From a virus (taxonomy: Duplodnaviria > Caudoviricetes), in the IMG/VR virus record IMGVR_UViG_3300013109_000495, positions 57,820-121,819 of that record: DNA of 64,000 bases. The stretch is one strand, 5' to 3'. Position 1 is the first letter of the stretch. Every line of letters begins with the position of its first letter. The notes beneath the pieces were generated by a model. It saw only the letters and a program-made list of their open reading frames with translations. It was not told where the DNA came from and searched no databases. Shown here in pieces: positions 19,125-29,487 of the stretch. A program made the translations under genes and the position numbers.

Positions 19125-20093
19125 ATGGCTACATTGGCTGAAATAAGAGCGAAGTTAAAATCCCAAGAAGTGAATCGCTCCACTTCTTCAACAGGTGGCG
19201 ACAATGCCATCTATCCACACTGGAACATACAGGAAGGACACGAAGCAGTTATTAGATTCTTACCCGATAAGGATACTACTAACACTTTTTTCTGGACTGA
19301 GAGAAATATGATCAAACTACCTTTTGCAGGTATTAAAGGTCAAAGTGATTCTCGACCAATCCAGGTGCAAGTACCGTGTATGGAAATGTACGGAAAAACT
19401 TGTCCGGTTCTAACAGAAGTTAGACCTTGGTTTAAAGACAAATCAATGGAGGACATGGGCAGAAAGTATTGGAAGAAAAAAAGTTATATATTCCAAGGCT
19501 TTGTTGTACAAAATCCATTAAACGAAGATGCAACTCCAGAAAACCCAATTAGAAGATTTATAATTGGACCACAAATCTTTAATATAATTAGATCGGCATT
19601 ACTTGATCCAGAAATGGAAGAGTTACCAACTGATTATGTAAAAGGTGTAGACTTTAGAGTTAACAAAACTTCTAAAGGTGGATATGCTGACTACTCAACA
19701 TCAAAATGGTCACGAAGAGAAAGAGCTCTAGACGAAACGGAAAGAGCATCTATTGATAAGTTTGGTTTACATAACTTATCAGACTATAGACCAAAAGAAC
19801 CATCTGAAGCAGAAGTAAAAATAATTAAAGAATTATTTGAAAAATCTGTTGAGGGTGAGTCTTATGATCTTGAGAAGTATGGACAATACTTTAGACCTGC
19901 AGGTGTAGGTAGAGTATCTATACCAACAGCAAGTAGACCTGCTCCAGTTGAGAAGACTGCTAACCCGGTAAATGCAGAAGTAAAAGTTGCAGAAACGGTA
20001 ACAGCGTCGGCTCCAACAGCACAACCAACAGGTGATAGTGCCAAACGAGCAGAAGACATCTTGAAATTAATCAGATCAAGACAGGCAAAATAA
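19125..20093 (+). CDS. Single-stranded DNA-binding protein (gp32-like)
   Basis: AVIRFLP, CPV, KYWKKKSY, GYADYSTSKW; AGGAGG SD; upstream of uvsX. Confidence 0.85.
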   Translation: MATLAEIRAKLKSQEVNRSTSSTGGDNAIYPHWNIQEGHEAVIRFLPDKDTTNTFFWTERNMIKLPFAGIKGQSDSRPIQVQVPCMEMYGKTCPVLTEVRPWFKDKSMEDMGRKYWKKKSYIFQGFVVQNPLNEDATPENPIRRFIIGPQIFNIIRSALLDPEMEELPTDYVKGVDFRVNKTSKGGYADYSTSKWSRRERALDETERASIDKFGLHNLSDYRPKEPSEAEVKIIKELFEKSVEGESYDLEKYGQYFRPAGVGRVSIPTASRPAPVEKTANPVNAEVKVAETVTASAPTAQPTGDSAKRAEDILKLIRSRQAK

Positions 20094-20101
20094 TAACCAA
20101 A

Positions 20102-20150
20102 ATACAAGGTCTTAATTTATATTGACGATTAGGACCTTGTATGCTAAAAT
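20102..20150 (+). promoter_or_regulatory. sigma70-like uvsX promoter embedded in a 15-bp inverted repeat
   Basis: TTGACG(20122)-17-TAAAAT(20145) with extended TG; arms at 20102-20116 and 20128-20142. Confidence 0.7.
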
Positions 20151-20155
20151 AGAAA

Positions 20156-21223
20156 GTGATTATGGTTAAACCGTTTGACGTAACAAAATTTAGAAAAAGC
20201 ATAACAAAGTCCATACAAGGACTTGGCATAGGATTTAATGATCCAACGGATTGGATAAGCACAGGAAACTATGCGTTAAATTATTTAATAAGTGGAGACT
20301 TCAACAAAGGTGTTCCGCTAGGCAAAGTAACAGTACTAGCAGGTGAGTCTGGCTCAGGTAAATCATTTATAGCATCAGGCAATTTAGTGCGTAATGCACA
20401 AAAACAAGGCATCTATGTAATACTAATCGATTCTGAAAATGCATTAGACCAATCATGGCTTGAAGCCCTTGGTGTTGATACTAGCGAAGATAAACTTTTA
20501 AGATTAAGTTTATCAATGGTAGATGACGTAGCAAGAACTGTTTCAGACTTTATGAAAGGTTATAAAGACGAACACGCCGACGATAAAGAAAATGCACCTA
20601 AAGTATTAATTGTAATTGATAGTTTGGGTATGTTATTAACACCAACCGATGTTGATCAGTTTGAAAAAGGTGAAATGAAAGGTGACTTAGGTAGAAAACC
20701 CAAAGCCTTAACAGCATTTGTAAGAAACTGTGTTAATATGTTTGGTAGTTGGAACGTAGGACTTATAGCAACTAATCACACTTATGCATCACAAGATATG
20801 TTTAATCCTGATGATAAAATATCTGGTGGACAAGGATTTATATATGCATCAAGTATTGTGATTGCAATGAAGAAATTAAAACTTAAAGAAGACGAAAAAG
20901 GTAATAAAATTACTGACGTTAGGGGTATTAGAGCGGCTTGTAAAGTAATGAAAACACGTTTTTCAAAACCGTTTGAATCAGTACAAGTTAAGATACCGTA
21001 TGACACGGGTATGGATCCATTTTCGGGATTAGTTGAATTATTTGAGAAAAAAGGGGTACTAGTACAAACAGGAAACAGGTTAAAATACGTAGATTCTAAA
21101 GGAAAAGAACATATTGAGTTCCGAAAATCCTGGGTTGGAGATAAATTATTGATGTTGATGGACAACTATGATAAATTATCAACAAACCTTAAGGAAGAAA
21201 TTGATGATAGACATGACGCATGA
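20156..21223 (+). CDS. uvsX: RecA-like recombinase
   Basis: STGNYALN, AGESGSGKS, IDSENA, IDSLG and ISGGQG. Confidence 0.92.
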   Translation: MIMVKPFDVTKFRKSITKSIQGLGIGFNDPTDWISTGNYALNYLISGDFNKGVPLGKVTVLAGESGSGKSFIASGNLVRNAQKQGIYVILIDSENALDQSWLEALGVDTSEDKLLRLSLSMVDDVARTVSDFMKGYKDEHADDKENAPKVLIVIDSLGMLLTPTDVDQFEKGEMKGDLGRKPKALTAFVRNCVNMFGSWNVGLIATNHTYASQDMFNPDDKISGGQGFIYASSIVIAMKKLKLKEDEKGNKITDVRGIRAACKVMKTRFSKPFESVQVKIPYDTGMDPFSGLVELFEKKGVLVQTGNRLKYVDSKGKEHIEFRKSWVGDKLLMLMDNYDKLSTNLKEEIDDRHDA

Positions 21224-21455
21224 AGACATTGAACGTATTTGGAACTCATTTTCTCTTTACATACCAGACAGACAAAAATCGGATGCCGCAGTTGACTTTG
21301 TTAGTACATTAAAGTTTCTTGATGTTGACACTGATCAAATTAAAGCATCATCCGATCATGATCCAAAATTAGAAGAAGCAGTAGAATCTGTGTATGGTGG
21401 AGAAGAAGACGAAGACGAAGACGAATACGGAGATGATGGTGAATTGGTATACTGA
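21204..21455 (+). CDS. Hypothetical acidic protein
   Basis: ORF between uvsX and uvsY; start placed after AAGGA. Confidence 0.55.
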   Translation: MIDMTHEDIERIWNSFSLYIPDRQKSDAAVDFVSTLKFLDVDTDQIKASSDHDPKLEEAVESVYGGEEDEDEDEYGDDGELVY

Positions 21456-21897
21456 AGTAAGCAAAAACATACAACAAATACCAGACTGTATTAAACACTT
21501 TGAAACTGAATTATTACAAGCAAAAAAAGAATGTTCTATTTGGGGTAATTTAGAAAAAGCATCTGCAACAATGCCCGGAGTAGTTGAACACCGATTTAAT
21601 CAATTACAAGAAATCGAAGCAATCCTAGAATATTTAAATATTGAATATCGTAGGTTAAGATCTAAAACATTTCGAAATTTTTTAGAAAGTTATAATAAAA
21701 AGCTAACCAGCAGAGATGCTGACAAATATGTTGACGGTGAAGCCGATGTTGTTGATATGGCAAAAATTATAAATGACTTTGCACTTTTAAGAAACCAATG
21801 GTTAGGCATTACCAAAGGACTAGACCAAAAACAATGGCAACTTACAAACATTGTTAAATTGCGTGTAGCAGGGATGGAAGATGCCAATATCAAATAG
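21433..21897 (+). CDS. uvsY: Recombination mediator UvsY-like
   Basis: Coiled coil; ADKYVDGEADV...KGLDQKQWQLTNIVKLR; position after uvsX. Confidence 0.7.
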   Translation: MMVNWYTEVSKNIQQIPDCIKHFETELLQAKKECSIWGNLEKASATMPGVVEHRFNQLQEIEAILEYLNIEYRRLRSKTFRNFLESYNKKLTSRDADKYVDGEADVVDMAKIINDFALLRNQWLGITKGLDQKQWQLTNIVKLRVAGMEDANIK

Positions 21898-22513
21898 AAT
21901 AATCCTTACAGACGTAGACGGCGTATTACTAGAATGGGAAAATCATTTTACTAAATGGATGATATCTCGTGGACACAAATTAAAAGAAAATTATAAATCT
22001 GAATACGATATGGGAAAAAGATTTGTATATTATGCAAAAATCTTTGAATCTACCAAACATTATAGCGAGGCGTCTGATGATATTAAAATTGCAATTCGAG
22101 AATTTAATAAAAGTGCTTGGATGGCAACACAACCCCCAATGCCTGACTCGCAAACTTGGGTAAAACTATTACACGCAGAGGGCTGGACATTTATACCAAT
22201 TAGCTCACAAACATCTGATGTTCCTGCACAAGAATTACGTAAAAGAAGATTAGAAGAACTATTTGGTAAGGATACTTTTTATAACTTTCATATACTCGAC
22301 ACTGGACAAGATAAAGACGATGTTCTTGCAGAATTCCATGGTACAGGATTATATTTTGTAGAAGATAAATGGACAAATGCATTAGCAGGTTTAAAATATG
22401 GCTTAAAAGTATTATTCATTAGTCATCCTTATAACAAAAAATATAGACACCCCAACATTACCAGAGTAAATAATTGGCAAGACATACATAAAATTGTTAA
22501 AAAGGGAAAATGA
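21881..22513 (+). CDS. HAD-family 5'-nucleotidase-like
   Basis: ILTDVDGVLL motif I and FVEDK motif IV. Confidence 0.8.
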   Translation: MPISNRIILTDVDGVLLEWENHFTKWMISRGHKLKENYKSEYDMGKRFVYYAKIFESTKHYSEASDDIKIAIREFNKSAWMATQPPMPDSQTWVKLLHAEGWTFIPISSQTSDVPAQELRKRRLEELFGKDTFYNFHILDTGQDKDDVLAEFHGTGLYFVEDKWTNALAGLKYGLKVLFISHPYNKKYRHPNITRVNNWQDIHKIVKKGK

Positions 22514-23184
22514 AAATTTACGTAGGCTACGACACTCGAGAAGATATAGCATATCAAGTTTGCGAACATTCGATTAAAAGACGTAATGGACAAATCGAAG
22601 TTATCCCTTTAAAACAAAAAGATTTGAGGGAAAAAGGTGTCTATACAAGAGAAGTTGACAAACTTGCCTCAACAGAATTTACATTTACAAGATTTTTTAT
22701 TCCATATCTAAACAACTACAAAGGTTGGGCAATTTTTTGTGACTTAGATTTTGTTTGGCGTATATCTCCTACAGAACTAGAACAATATTGTGATGATTCT
22801 AAAGCAGTTGTTTGTGTGCAACACGATTATAAACCTAAAGAAGGGTTAAAAATGGATGGCCAAGTACAATTAGTTTACCCAAGAAAAAACTGGTCAAGTA
22901 TGGTACTTTGGAATTGTGGACATCCTAAAAACAAAGTACTAACACCCGAACTATTAAACAAAGAAACAGGAAAATTTTTACATAGATTTTCTTGGTTAAA
23001 TGATTCTGACATAGGAAATTTACCTCCTATATACAATTGGCTAGTAGGTTGGTACAAAGAACCTAAAGACGGCATACCTAAAATACTTCATTATACTGAA
23101 GGCGGACCATGGTTTGAAAATTATAGAAACTGTGAGTATGCTGATGTGTGGAAGAAAGAATTAATTAATTTATTCAGTGCCTAA
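22510..23184 (+). CDS. GT-A glycosyltransferase (GT8-like)
   Basis: IYVGYD, STEFTFTRF, FCDLD (DxD), YPRKNWSS and HYTEGGPW. Confidence 0.8.
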   Translation: MKIYVGYDTREDIAYQVCEHSIKRRNGQIEVIPLKQKDLREKGVYTREVDKLASTEFTFTRFFIPYLNNYKGWAIFCDLDFVWRISPTELEQYCDDSKAVVCVQHDYKPKEGLKMDGQVQLVYPRKNWSSMVLWNCGHPKNKVLTPELLNKETGKFLHRFSWLNDSDIGNLPPIYNWLVGWYKEPKDGIPKILHYTEGGPWFENYRNCEYADVWKKELINLFSA

Positions 23185-23190
23185 TATGTT

Positions 23191-23625
23191 ATGTTCAATA
23201 AAATACTTAAATCACATTTACAATACTATCCTGTAGAACACATATACAGTAATAATCTTCTTGACATAAACGAATTTGATAGATTATATGAAAACCAATC
23301 TAGGTTTAATGGCGAACGTTGGACAGAATTTAAAAACAAACACAAATTAGATTGTACTTTTTTAAATGATCTAAACAATATTAATATGCAAGTAAAGGTA
23401 CTCTGCTTATTATTTTTTAAAGAAAGAGCAGATAATAAAAAATCTCAAGATATTAAAATAGGCGTCAAGGAAATAAAATATATTCAAAATGCACTTTTAA
23501 TTTTACCAAATAATCTTTCAACCTTTAATATTTTAACACGAAAAAAACCATACATACGCAGACCTTGTTTACAAATAAACTTGTCATTAAAACAATATAA
23601 CCATATTATAGGAAACTTAAAATGA
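23191..23625 (+). CDS. Hypothetical protein, possibly a degenerate paralog of the downstream oxygenase
   Basis: N-terminus resembles that of 23622 but no metal ligands are evident. Confidence 0.4.
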   Translation: MFNKILKSHLQYYPVEHIYSNNLLDINEFDRLYENQSRFNGERWTEFKNKHKLDCTFLNDLNNINMQVKVLCLLFFKERADNKKSQDIKIGVKEIKYIQNALLILPNNLSTFNILTRKKPYIRRPCLQINLSLKQYNHIIGNLK

Positions 23626-24230
23626 TTGGGCAACAATTTGTAAACAAGTGTCTTAACACAGAAATTATTACAACTCCATGGGCTCATCAATATATTGACG
23701 ATACATTTGATAAATCTACATTTAAAAAATTACAAGCACAATGTATTGAAAAATTAAATTTTCCAACAACAGAATTAGTACAAATACATCCAGAAAATTA
23801 TAAAGAATATGGAATAGATTTTTATAATGAAACTTTGAATATTTGTGAAAATTTATATGAAAATATGAAAGTGTTATGTGGACGATATCCAAAATATCGA
23901 TGGTTTAAAAACTTAGGAGTCAATGTACATATATCTGTTACTCCACCGTTACCGTGGCAATTTTATATACACCAAGAGGGTATCGAAAAAATTTGGAGTT
24001 CGGTAACATATATTGCTCCTGAAAGTAACGTAGGAACCAAAATGTATACAGAACAAAAAGAAGATGCTTTTGTTAAAGAGGCAAAATGGAAGCCTAACAG
24101 CACTTTTATATTTTGCGGACAGCAAGGTAAGACTTGGCACAGTTACGAAAGTAATCAAACTAAAAACAGAATTACATTTAATCTTTTTATAATGAAATAT
24201 CGTGCAAAAAAATGCTTTTATAGTGAGTGA
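23622..24230 (+). CDS. 2OG-Fe(II) oxygenase-like protein
   Basis: IHQE...GTKMY...TWHSY...RITFN (Hx[D/E]...H...R). Confidence 0.65.
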   Translation: MIGQQFVNKCLNTEIITTPWAHQYIDDTFDKSTFKKLQAQCIEKLNFPTTELVQIHPENYKEYGIDFYNETLNICENLYENMKVLCGRYPKYRWFKNLGVNVHISVTPPLPWQFYIHQEGIEKIWSSVTYIAPESNVGTKMYTEQKEDAFVKEAKWKPNSTFIFCGQQGKTWHSYESNQTKNRITFNLFIMKYRAKKCFYSE

Positions 24231-24805
24231 TAAAGTTCTAAATCTTCTTTGTAAAGACTATCCCAAACACTTTTAGTGTCGTTATCTAACAAATCAATTG
24301 TAGGCAATTTATAATCTATTCTTTTTTGTTTCCAATATTTTGTAACAAACTGCTCTATTCCTAGTTGTTCTCCAACGTATTCGCAAATACCAACCCAATT
24401 ATCATATGAAAATATTTTTACATTGTTGTCTATAAACATTTTTTGAGGTAAAAAATGATTTTGATATAATTCGTGTCTTATATTTGTTAGTATATCTTTT
24501 ACCCACTTGTTTAAACTATTGAATTCATTTATTCTTTTACGCCATACAAATTCACTTACTGTTCTTTGCCACGGATGCCGAACAACTGCAAACGAAGTAA
24601 TTTCATTAAGATTAAAAAATTTTTTAATATATGTAATGTCCATATGTTGTGGTGGCACGCCTCCATACTGTTTATGAGATGCTTTTGTAATATAAGATAC
24701 ATCAACTTTTCTATCTTTTAAATCATGCATGATTGTTGTGCCGCCAGTTTTAGGTATATGTATGTGCAAGAGTTCTTTATTACCGTTTTTATAAAGAGGC
24801 ATCAA
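24218..24805 (-). CDS. Sulfotransferase family protein
   Basis: HIHIPKTGGTTI (5'-PSB), VRHPWQRTVS (3'-PB) and HFLPQ. Confidence 0.85.
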   Translation of the reverse strand: MMPLYKNGNKELLHIHIPKTGGTTIMHDLKDRKVDVSYITKASHKQYGGVPPQHMDITYIKKFFNLNEITSFAVVRHPWQRTVSEFVWRKRINEFNSLNKWVKDILTNIRHELYQNHFLPQKMFIDNNVKIFSYDNWVGICEYVGEQLGIEQFVTKYWKQKRIDYKLPTIDLLDNDTKSVWDSLYKEDLELYHSL

Positions 24806-25487
24806 ACATTTCCTTTGCTTTAATTAACATTTCATAATTTGGTTTAAATTTTTGGTAACCACTTGCATGGCCAAAATAAGAATTTACACCATTTTTTTTA
24901 TTATAAGACCAATCTAACCATTCAATATCTACTCCGGATTCTAACATAGCATATATGAGCATCTCATTATCATCACCTTTTAATGTTTTATAATCCAAAT
25001 GTTTTTTCATTTTATCTACTGAATTTTTTGTTAACATAAACACCCCTGCATTAAATCTATTTTTTTGTAATGTTTCAGGTTTAAATTTTTCTAAACAAGT
25101 ACCTTTTGCATTATTTTTATGCAGTCTTAAACTGTGTCTTAAAGCTATTCTATCTCGTACAGGCTTAAAAGTATCGGTACTCCGATACTCATCAAATACA
25201 TTTGGTGCTTTAGGCCAGACAATTACATCAGTATCTAAATATAAAATATGCGTATAATCTTTCCACCATTGATCATTAAAAAATAAATCAAACCGTTCAA
25301 ACGTAGGATGTATCCAATTTATTTTTTGATCTGTAACTAACTTATAATCTAAATTATATTTTTTTGCATATTGCTTAACTGACTTAACTGAATACTCATA
25401 TAATTCTTCACTTACTCCAATTTGATTATAAGTTGGATCTTTATATTGTTTTGCAGGAACAAAAAATTGAACAATTAAAGGTTTCAT
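24789..25487 (-). CDS. GT-A glycosyltransferase
   Basis: LYLDTDV, FNAGVF and DDNEML; paralog of 28715. Confidence 0.75.
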   Translation of the reverse strand: MKPLIVQFFVPAKQYKDPTYNQIGVSEELYEYSVKSVKQYAKKYNLDYKLVTDQKINWIHPTFERFDLFFNDQWWKDYTHILYLDTDVIVWPKAPNVFDEYRSTDTFKPVRDRIALRHSLRLHKNNAKGTCLEKFKPETLQKNRFNAGVFMLTKNSVDKMKKHLDYKTLKGDDNEMLIYAMLESGVDIEWLDWSYNKKNGVNSYFGHASGYQKFKPNYEMLIKAKEMFDASL

Positions 25488-26179
25488 TTATTAAAAATAT
25501 AATTAAATTCTTCGTTGTTTCTTTTATGTTTAGAATCTAAACGCAACCCTAAATCGATTATTTTACCAACAATATGTTCGTGCTTTTGATCAACTTCAAT
25601 TAATACAGACTTGGCTTGTTGTATTGTTGATATTGCACCTTTAAAAACTCTGTCCTCAAATCCGTCAACATCAATTTTTATATAATCTGGTTGTGGTAAT
25701 ATTTTTTTACCTACAAGATAATCTAAATGTATTTCAACACACCCGTGATAATAATTTCCTTTAGTATCTACAACATTATCCGCTACTCCTTCGTACATAT
25801 TTTTTACACCTATATGAGATAATGCAATTCTATTGCTTACTGCAACACACCAGGCTTGACAATTATTAAGTTTATTGAGATTAATACTGTCTAATAAATT
25901 TTTATAATTTGCTGAATGTGGCTCAAATGCATACACATCATTTCCAGTTTTAATTGCACTATACAAAGAATATATTCCTATGTTTGCACCAATATCAAAA
26001 AATACTGATTGTTTTTCAAATGCATTTAACCATTTAATAGTTTCTGGCTCTTTTGATAACAACCTATCAACTCTATTTTTTATATACGTTTTTTGTTCTG
26101 TATTGTTAGCAAAAATTATTTTCTTTTCTCCAATCGGAAAAACAAATTGTTTATTATTAAATTTTTTAAGTTTTGGCAT
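25484..26179 (-). CDS. FkbM-family methyltransferase
   Basis: FFDIGANIGIYS, AFEP and IKIDVDGFE. Confidence 0.9.
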   Translation of the reverse strand: MPKLKKFNNKQFVFPIGEKKIIFANNTEQKTYIKNRVDRLLSKEPETIKWLNAFEKQSVFFDIGANIGIYSLYSAIKTGNDVYAFEPHSANYKNLLDSINLNKLNNCQAWCVAVSNRIALSHIGVKNMYEGVADNVVDTKGNYYHGCVEIHLDYLVGKKILPQPDYIKIDVDGFEDRVFKGAISTIQQAKSVLIEVDQKHEHIVGKIIDLGLRLDSKHKRNNEEFNYIFNK

Positions 26180-26988
26180 TATAATATTCCTTTATCTAAA
26201 AGTATTTCAACTGCAACACCGTTTGCAAATTCTTCTGGTGTAAATTGTTGGTATGCTAATGAATATAACCAGTCTTCGGCCCCCACAAAATACGGATTCT
26301 CAATATCCGAAAAATGATTAGCTGAAACAGATTCCGCAAAACTTTTTACATCACATATAGTAGGTATACCCATACATTGAGCCTCCACAGCACTAATGGA
26401 ACAAGATGTTACACACACCCAGGCATCTTTTAAATCTTCTGCAAGTGAAACTTTAGCTTCGCTTGGTCCTGACGTTCCTCTACCGCGTGGTTTATGTCTT
26501 ATCTTAATAGGCCTGTCTGTATGTTTTTTAATCTCGTCAACTGTTTCATTTATCCAGTTGGGTCTACCTAAATATTGGTGAATTCCGGCAGAACTTGGAC
26601 AAATTAAAATATTTTTTCCTTTAAAATTTGGTGCTTGAACTTTCATTCCAAATTTCTCAAATCTATCAGCTTTACACCCTTTTATAAAAGGAACGTGTAT
26701 TCTATTTTTACAAATACGCCAATAATGATTATCAGATTTTAAATTATTATTGTCAAATCTTCCAAAATATGGAGTATCAGTAAACCAATATGTTTGTTTA
26801 CGTGCTTCTAATTTTTTAACTAATTGTAAATTATTATTAACAAATCCCCAAAACATTGAATTAGATAATACTTCAATAGCAGTATTATCAAGCACCTTAA
26901 CTTGTTCTGGCCAGGACTTTTTAACTCCATTAAAAACTTCCCAGGCTTTACTGTTTTTATTATTGTATGGTGCGTAAATTGTTAACAT
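26179..26988 (-). CDS. GT-B capsule-biosynthesis-like glycosyltransferase (paralog 1 of 4)
   Basis: IRHKP, TSCSISAVEAQCMGIP and SLAYQQFTPEE. Confidence 0.6.
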   Translation of the reverse strand: MLTIYAPYNNKNSKAWEVFNGVKKSWPEQVKVLDNTAIEVLSNSMFWGFVNNNLQLVKKLEARKQTYWFTDTPYFGRFDNNNLKSDNHYWRICKNRIHVPFIKGCKADRFEKFGMKVQAPNFKGKNILICPSSAGIHQYLGRPNWINETVDEIKKHTDRPIKIRHKPRGRGTSGPSEAKVSLAEDLKDAWVCVTSCSISAVEAQCMGIPTICDVKSFAESVSANHFSDIENPYFVGAEDWLYSLAYQQFTPEEFANGVAVEILLDKGIL

Positions 26989-27628
26989 CTATAAATTCTT
27001 TCAATTCGTTTGCCCATTTTGTATGCCCTTCGACTGATGGGTGTGGGTCTTTAACACTTACAATCGTATTCTCTTTCATTATAAAATCATAATGATTATT
27101 ATTAAATTTAAAAAATCTTTTTTTATCTATACTTTCAACTATTTTATTAAAATCGGGATTACTTAAATTAACTGCATTAGGTAAAGCATTATACATTACA
27201 TATGGAATTTTGTTTAATTTAAAATACGTTTGTAAATTAAAAACATGATCTAAATATTTCATTGTAGCATTATCGTCAATAGCCCATCCAGGATTTGAAT
27301 TAATAAATTTAAGATGATCTACAGTTTTCCAAGTACGCCAAGTTAAATCCATATTAGGTATTCTCTTCCATTTCCATCTATCATTTGTAACATAATCGTT
27401 TCTAAATGAACTAGACCATCCTATAACTGCAAAAGTACTAGCCGAACCGTTCTGTTCAAACCATAATTTTGTAGTAAAGCTGATCCGATCATTTCCTCTA
27501 CCACCCATAGCAAGATTAAATAATTGTAAATTATATTGTTTGGCAAGTATTTGTGTTACAAAAGTGTTAACACCGTCTTTAGGACGGGGAGTAAGAAAAC
27601 TACAACCATTTGAAAACAATTTAGACAT
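26960..27628 (-). CDS. SGNH/GDSL-like hydrolase or acyltransferase
   Basis: NGCSF, NLAMGGRGN and DPHPSVEGH. Confidence 0.7.
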   Translation of the reverse strand: MSKLFSNGCSFLTPRPKDGVNTFVTQILAKQYNLQLFNLAMGGRGNDRISFTTKLWFEQNGSASTFAVIGWSSSFRNDYVTNDRWKWKRIPNMDLTWRTWKTVDHLKFINSNPGWAIDDNATMKYLDHVFNLQTYFKLNKIPYVMYNALPNAVNLSNPDFNKIVESIDKKRFFKFNNNHYDFIMKENTIVSVKDPHPSVEGHTKWANELKEFIDVNNLRTIQ

Positions 27629-27657
27629 ACTGCTATTTTATAGTATAATTATTTAAA

Positions 27658-28731
27658 ATGCAAACAGTGAAAAATATTACCAGCTTAAAATACTTTCTAG
27701 ATCGTTTTGATACTCTAGATCAAGGATTTTCATATAATGTAAACTACCATTCTATCGCATCTAAAACTCATTTTAATAGTCTGCCAACATTTGTTGCTGA
27801 TTTTTATAACTGTTCTACACACAGTTTGCCTCTACTTGTTACTGAAGATAAACATTTAATCACCGAACACGTGTGGCCATTGATACACAAATATAAAAAT
27901 AAACCTCAAAAAGTTCATAACCTTTTTACTAAATGGGGTGAAACAATTAGTATAGATATGCCACTAGTTACTAAACAATTTAATGAAACTTACAGATATG
28001 TTTGGTTGCCTATTGACGAATATAGTGCTGAGAATCCATGGCACATATGGATTGATGTAATATCAAAATTCCGTTTACTTGAAAAAAAGAACGGCTTACC
28101 TTTTGCAAAATATGTTTATATTATGTCTAATCCTAGCAAGTATTTTGATAAAGTTGCTAAAGAATTATTTCCTAATGTAAAATATTACGTTATGCCAAAA
28201 AATTCAGTATGGCGATTTTCACATTTACTTGTTCCTTCAACAAGCAATTATCTCGATGGAATTACAACACCAAGTATGCCACCATGGTTAAGACATTTTG
28301 GTTACAAAAATAAACAAAAACCGTATAGAAAAATTTTTATTACAAGAAAAGGTGCTAGTAATCGAAATATTACAAATCAAGAACAATTATTATTAGCATT
28401 AAAAGGCTGGGAAACCGTAACACTTGATAACCTCTCTATAAAAGAACAAATTAGAACTTTTGCAGAAGCAACACATATCTTATCACCACATAGTGCCGGA
28501 CTTATAAATTTATTATGGTGTGCTAAAGATACAAAAATAATAGAAATACAACATAAAGAATGGATAGATAAAAAGGTATATCCAATCCTTTCACATCATT
28601 TAGGATTAAAACATATAGTCTATCTTGCTGAAACTGAAAAAGTTACAATTAAAAAACCTAAAAATAAAAAATTAAAAGATATGGTTAATTTGAAAGTTAA
28701 TATTCCTCTTCTACTTAAACATTTAGACTAA
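27658..28731 (+). CDS. GT61-like glycosyltransferase
   Basis: NPWHIWID, IFITRK..RNITN, EQIRTFAEA.HILSPHSAGLINLLW and IIEI. Confidence 0.8.
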   Translation: MQTVKNITSLKYFLDRFDTLDQGFSYNVNYHSIASKTHFNSLPTFVADFYNCSTHSLPLLVTEDKHLITEHVWPLIHKYKNKPQKVHNLFTKWGETISIDMPLVTKQFNETYRYVWLPIDEYSAENPWHIWIDVISKFRLLEKKNGLPFAKYVYIMSNPSKYFDKVAKELFPNVKYYVMPKNSVWRFSHLLVPSTSNYLDGITTPSMPPWLRHFGYKNKQKPYRKIFITRKGASNRNITNQEQLLLALKGWETVTLDNLSIKEQIRTFAEATHILSPHSAGLINLLWCAKDTKIIEIQHKEWIDKKVYPILSHHLGLKHIVYLAETEKVTIKKPKNKKLKDMVNLKVNIPLLLKHLD

Positions 28732-29446
28732 CAGCAGGAAAAGTTTCTTTTAAAAAATTATATATTTTATTTCCTGCTCTATATTTTTTTCCACCTGCTA
28801 CGTGTAAAAACCATACATCTTTAGGATTAAAAGATATTTTCAACCCATTATTTTTAAAATTAAATCGAGGATCCATATCTTGATACTTAACTCCACTTTC
28901 AATTACAGACCAATTTAAAAACTGCCCATCATCACATTTAAACTCTTTATAACGTTTTATCCATGGCATCATTTGATCTCTTACACTACGAGTAACCATC
29001 CATACACCTGTTTGAAAAAATATATCTCTTACTTTTTGTGAATTACAATCTTTTATTATAGTATCTTTAAAATTATTATTAATATTAAACAACGTCATTC
29101 TTCTATATTTTTTGTATGCTGGCGATTTAAATGCATCTAAATCAGTGTATTGTGCAAATATATCTGGAGCATGATCTAATGCAAACACATCAGTATCTAC
29201 ATATAATATTTGATCGTATTCGTCTAACCATTCTTTATTAAACCATAGGTCAAATCTTTCCCATGTTGGATGCATATAACCAAACTTTGGTTCAGTAACT
29301 CTTAAAAAATCATGTCCGTATTTGTTACAATACTTTTTAAAACTGTATTCAGAATACTTTTCAACATCTGTTGGACCAATACCATTAAACTCTGGTTGTG
29401 AATAAAGGTTAATGTCTATATAATATTGAATAATGAGATTTTTCAT
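28715..29446 (-). CDS. GT-A glycosyltransferase
   Basis: LYVDTDV, FQTGV, DDGQFLN and FLHVAG; TATAAATA at 29453-29460 (-). Confidence 0.75.
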   Translation of the reverse strand: MKNLIIQYYIDINLYSQPEFNGIGPTDVEKYSEYSFKKYCNKYGHDFLRVTEPKFGYMHPTWERFDLWFNKEWLDEYDQILYVDTDVFALDHAPDIFAQYTDLDAFKSPAYKKYRRMTLFNINNNFKDTIIKDCNSQKVRDIFFQTGVWMVTRSVRDQMMPWIKRYKEFKCDDGQFLNWSVIESGVKYQDMDPRFNFKNNGLKISFNPKDVWFLHVAGGKKYRAGNKIYNFLKETFPAVSLNV

Positions 29447-29487
29447 TTTTAATATTTATAAACTGGAAATTACATAATTAAATTTAA

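Noticed and set aside
21405-21425. GACGAA tandem repeat
   Set aside because: It simply encodes an acidic EDEDEDE tail.
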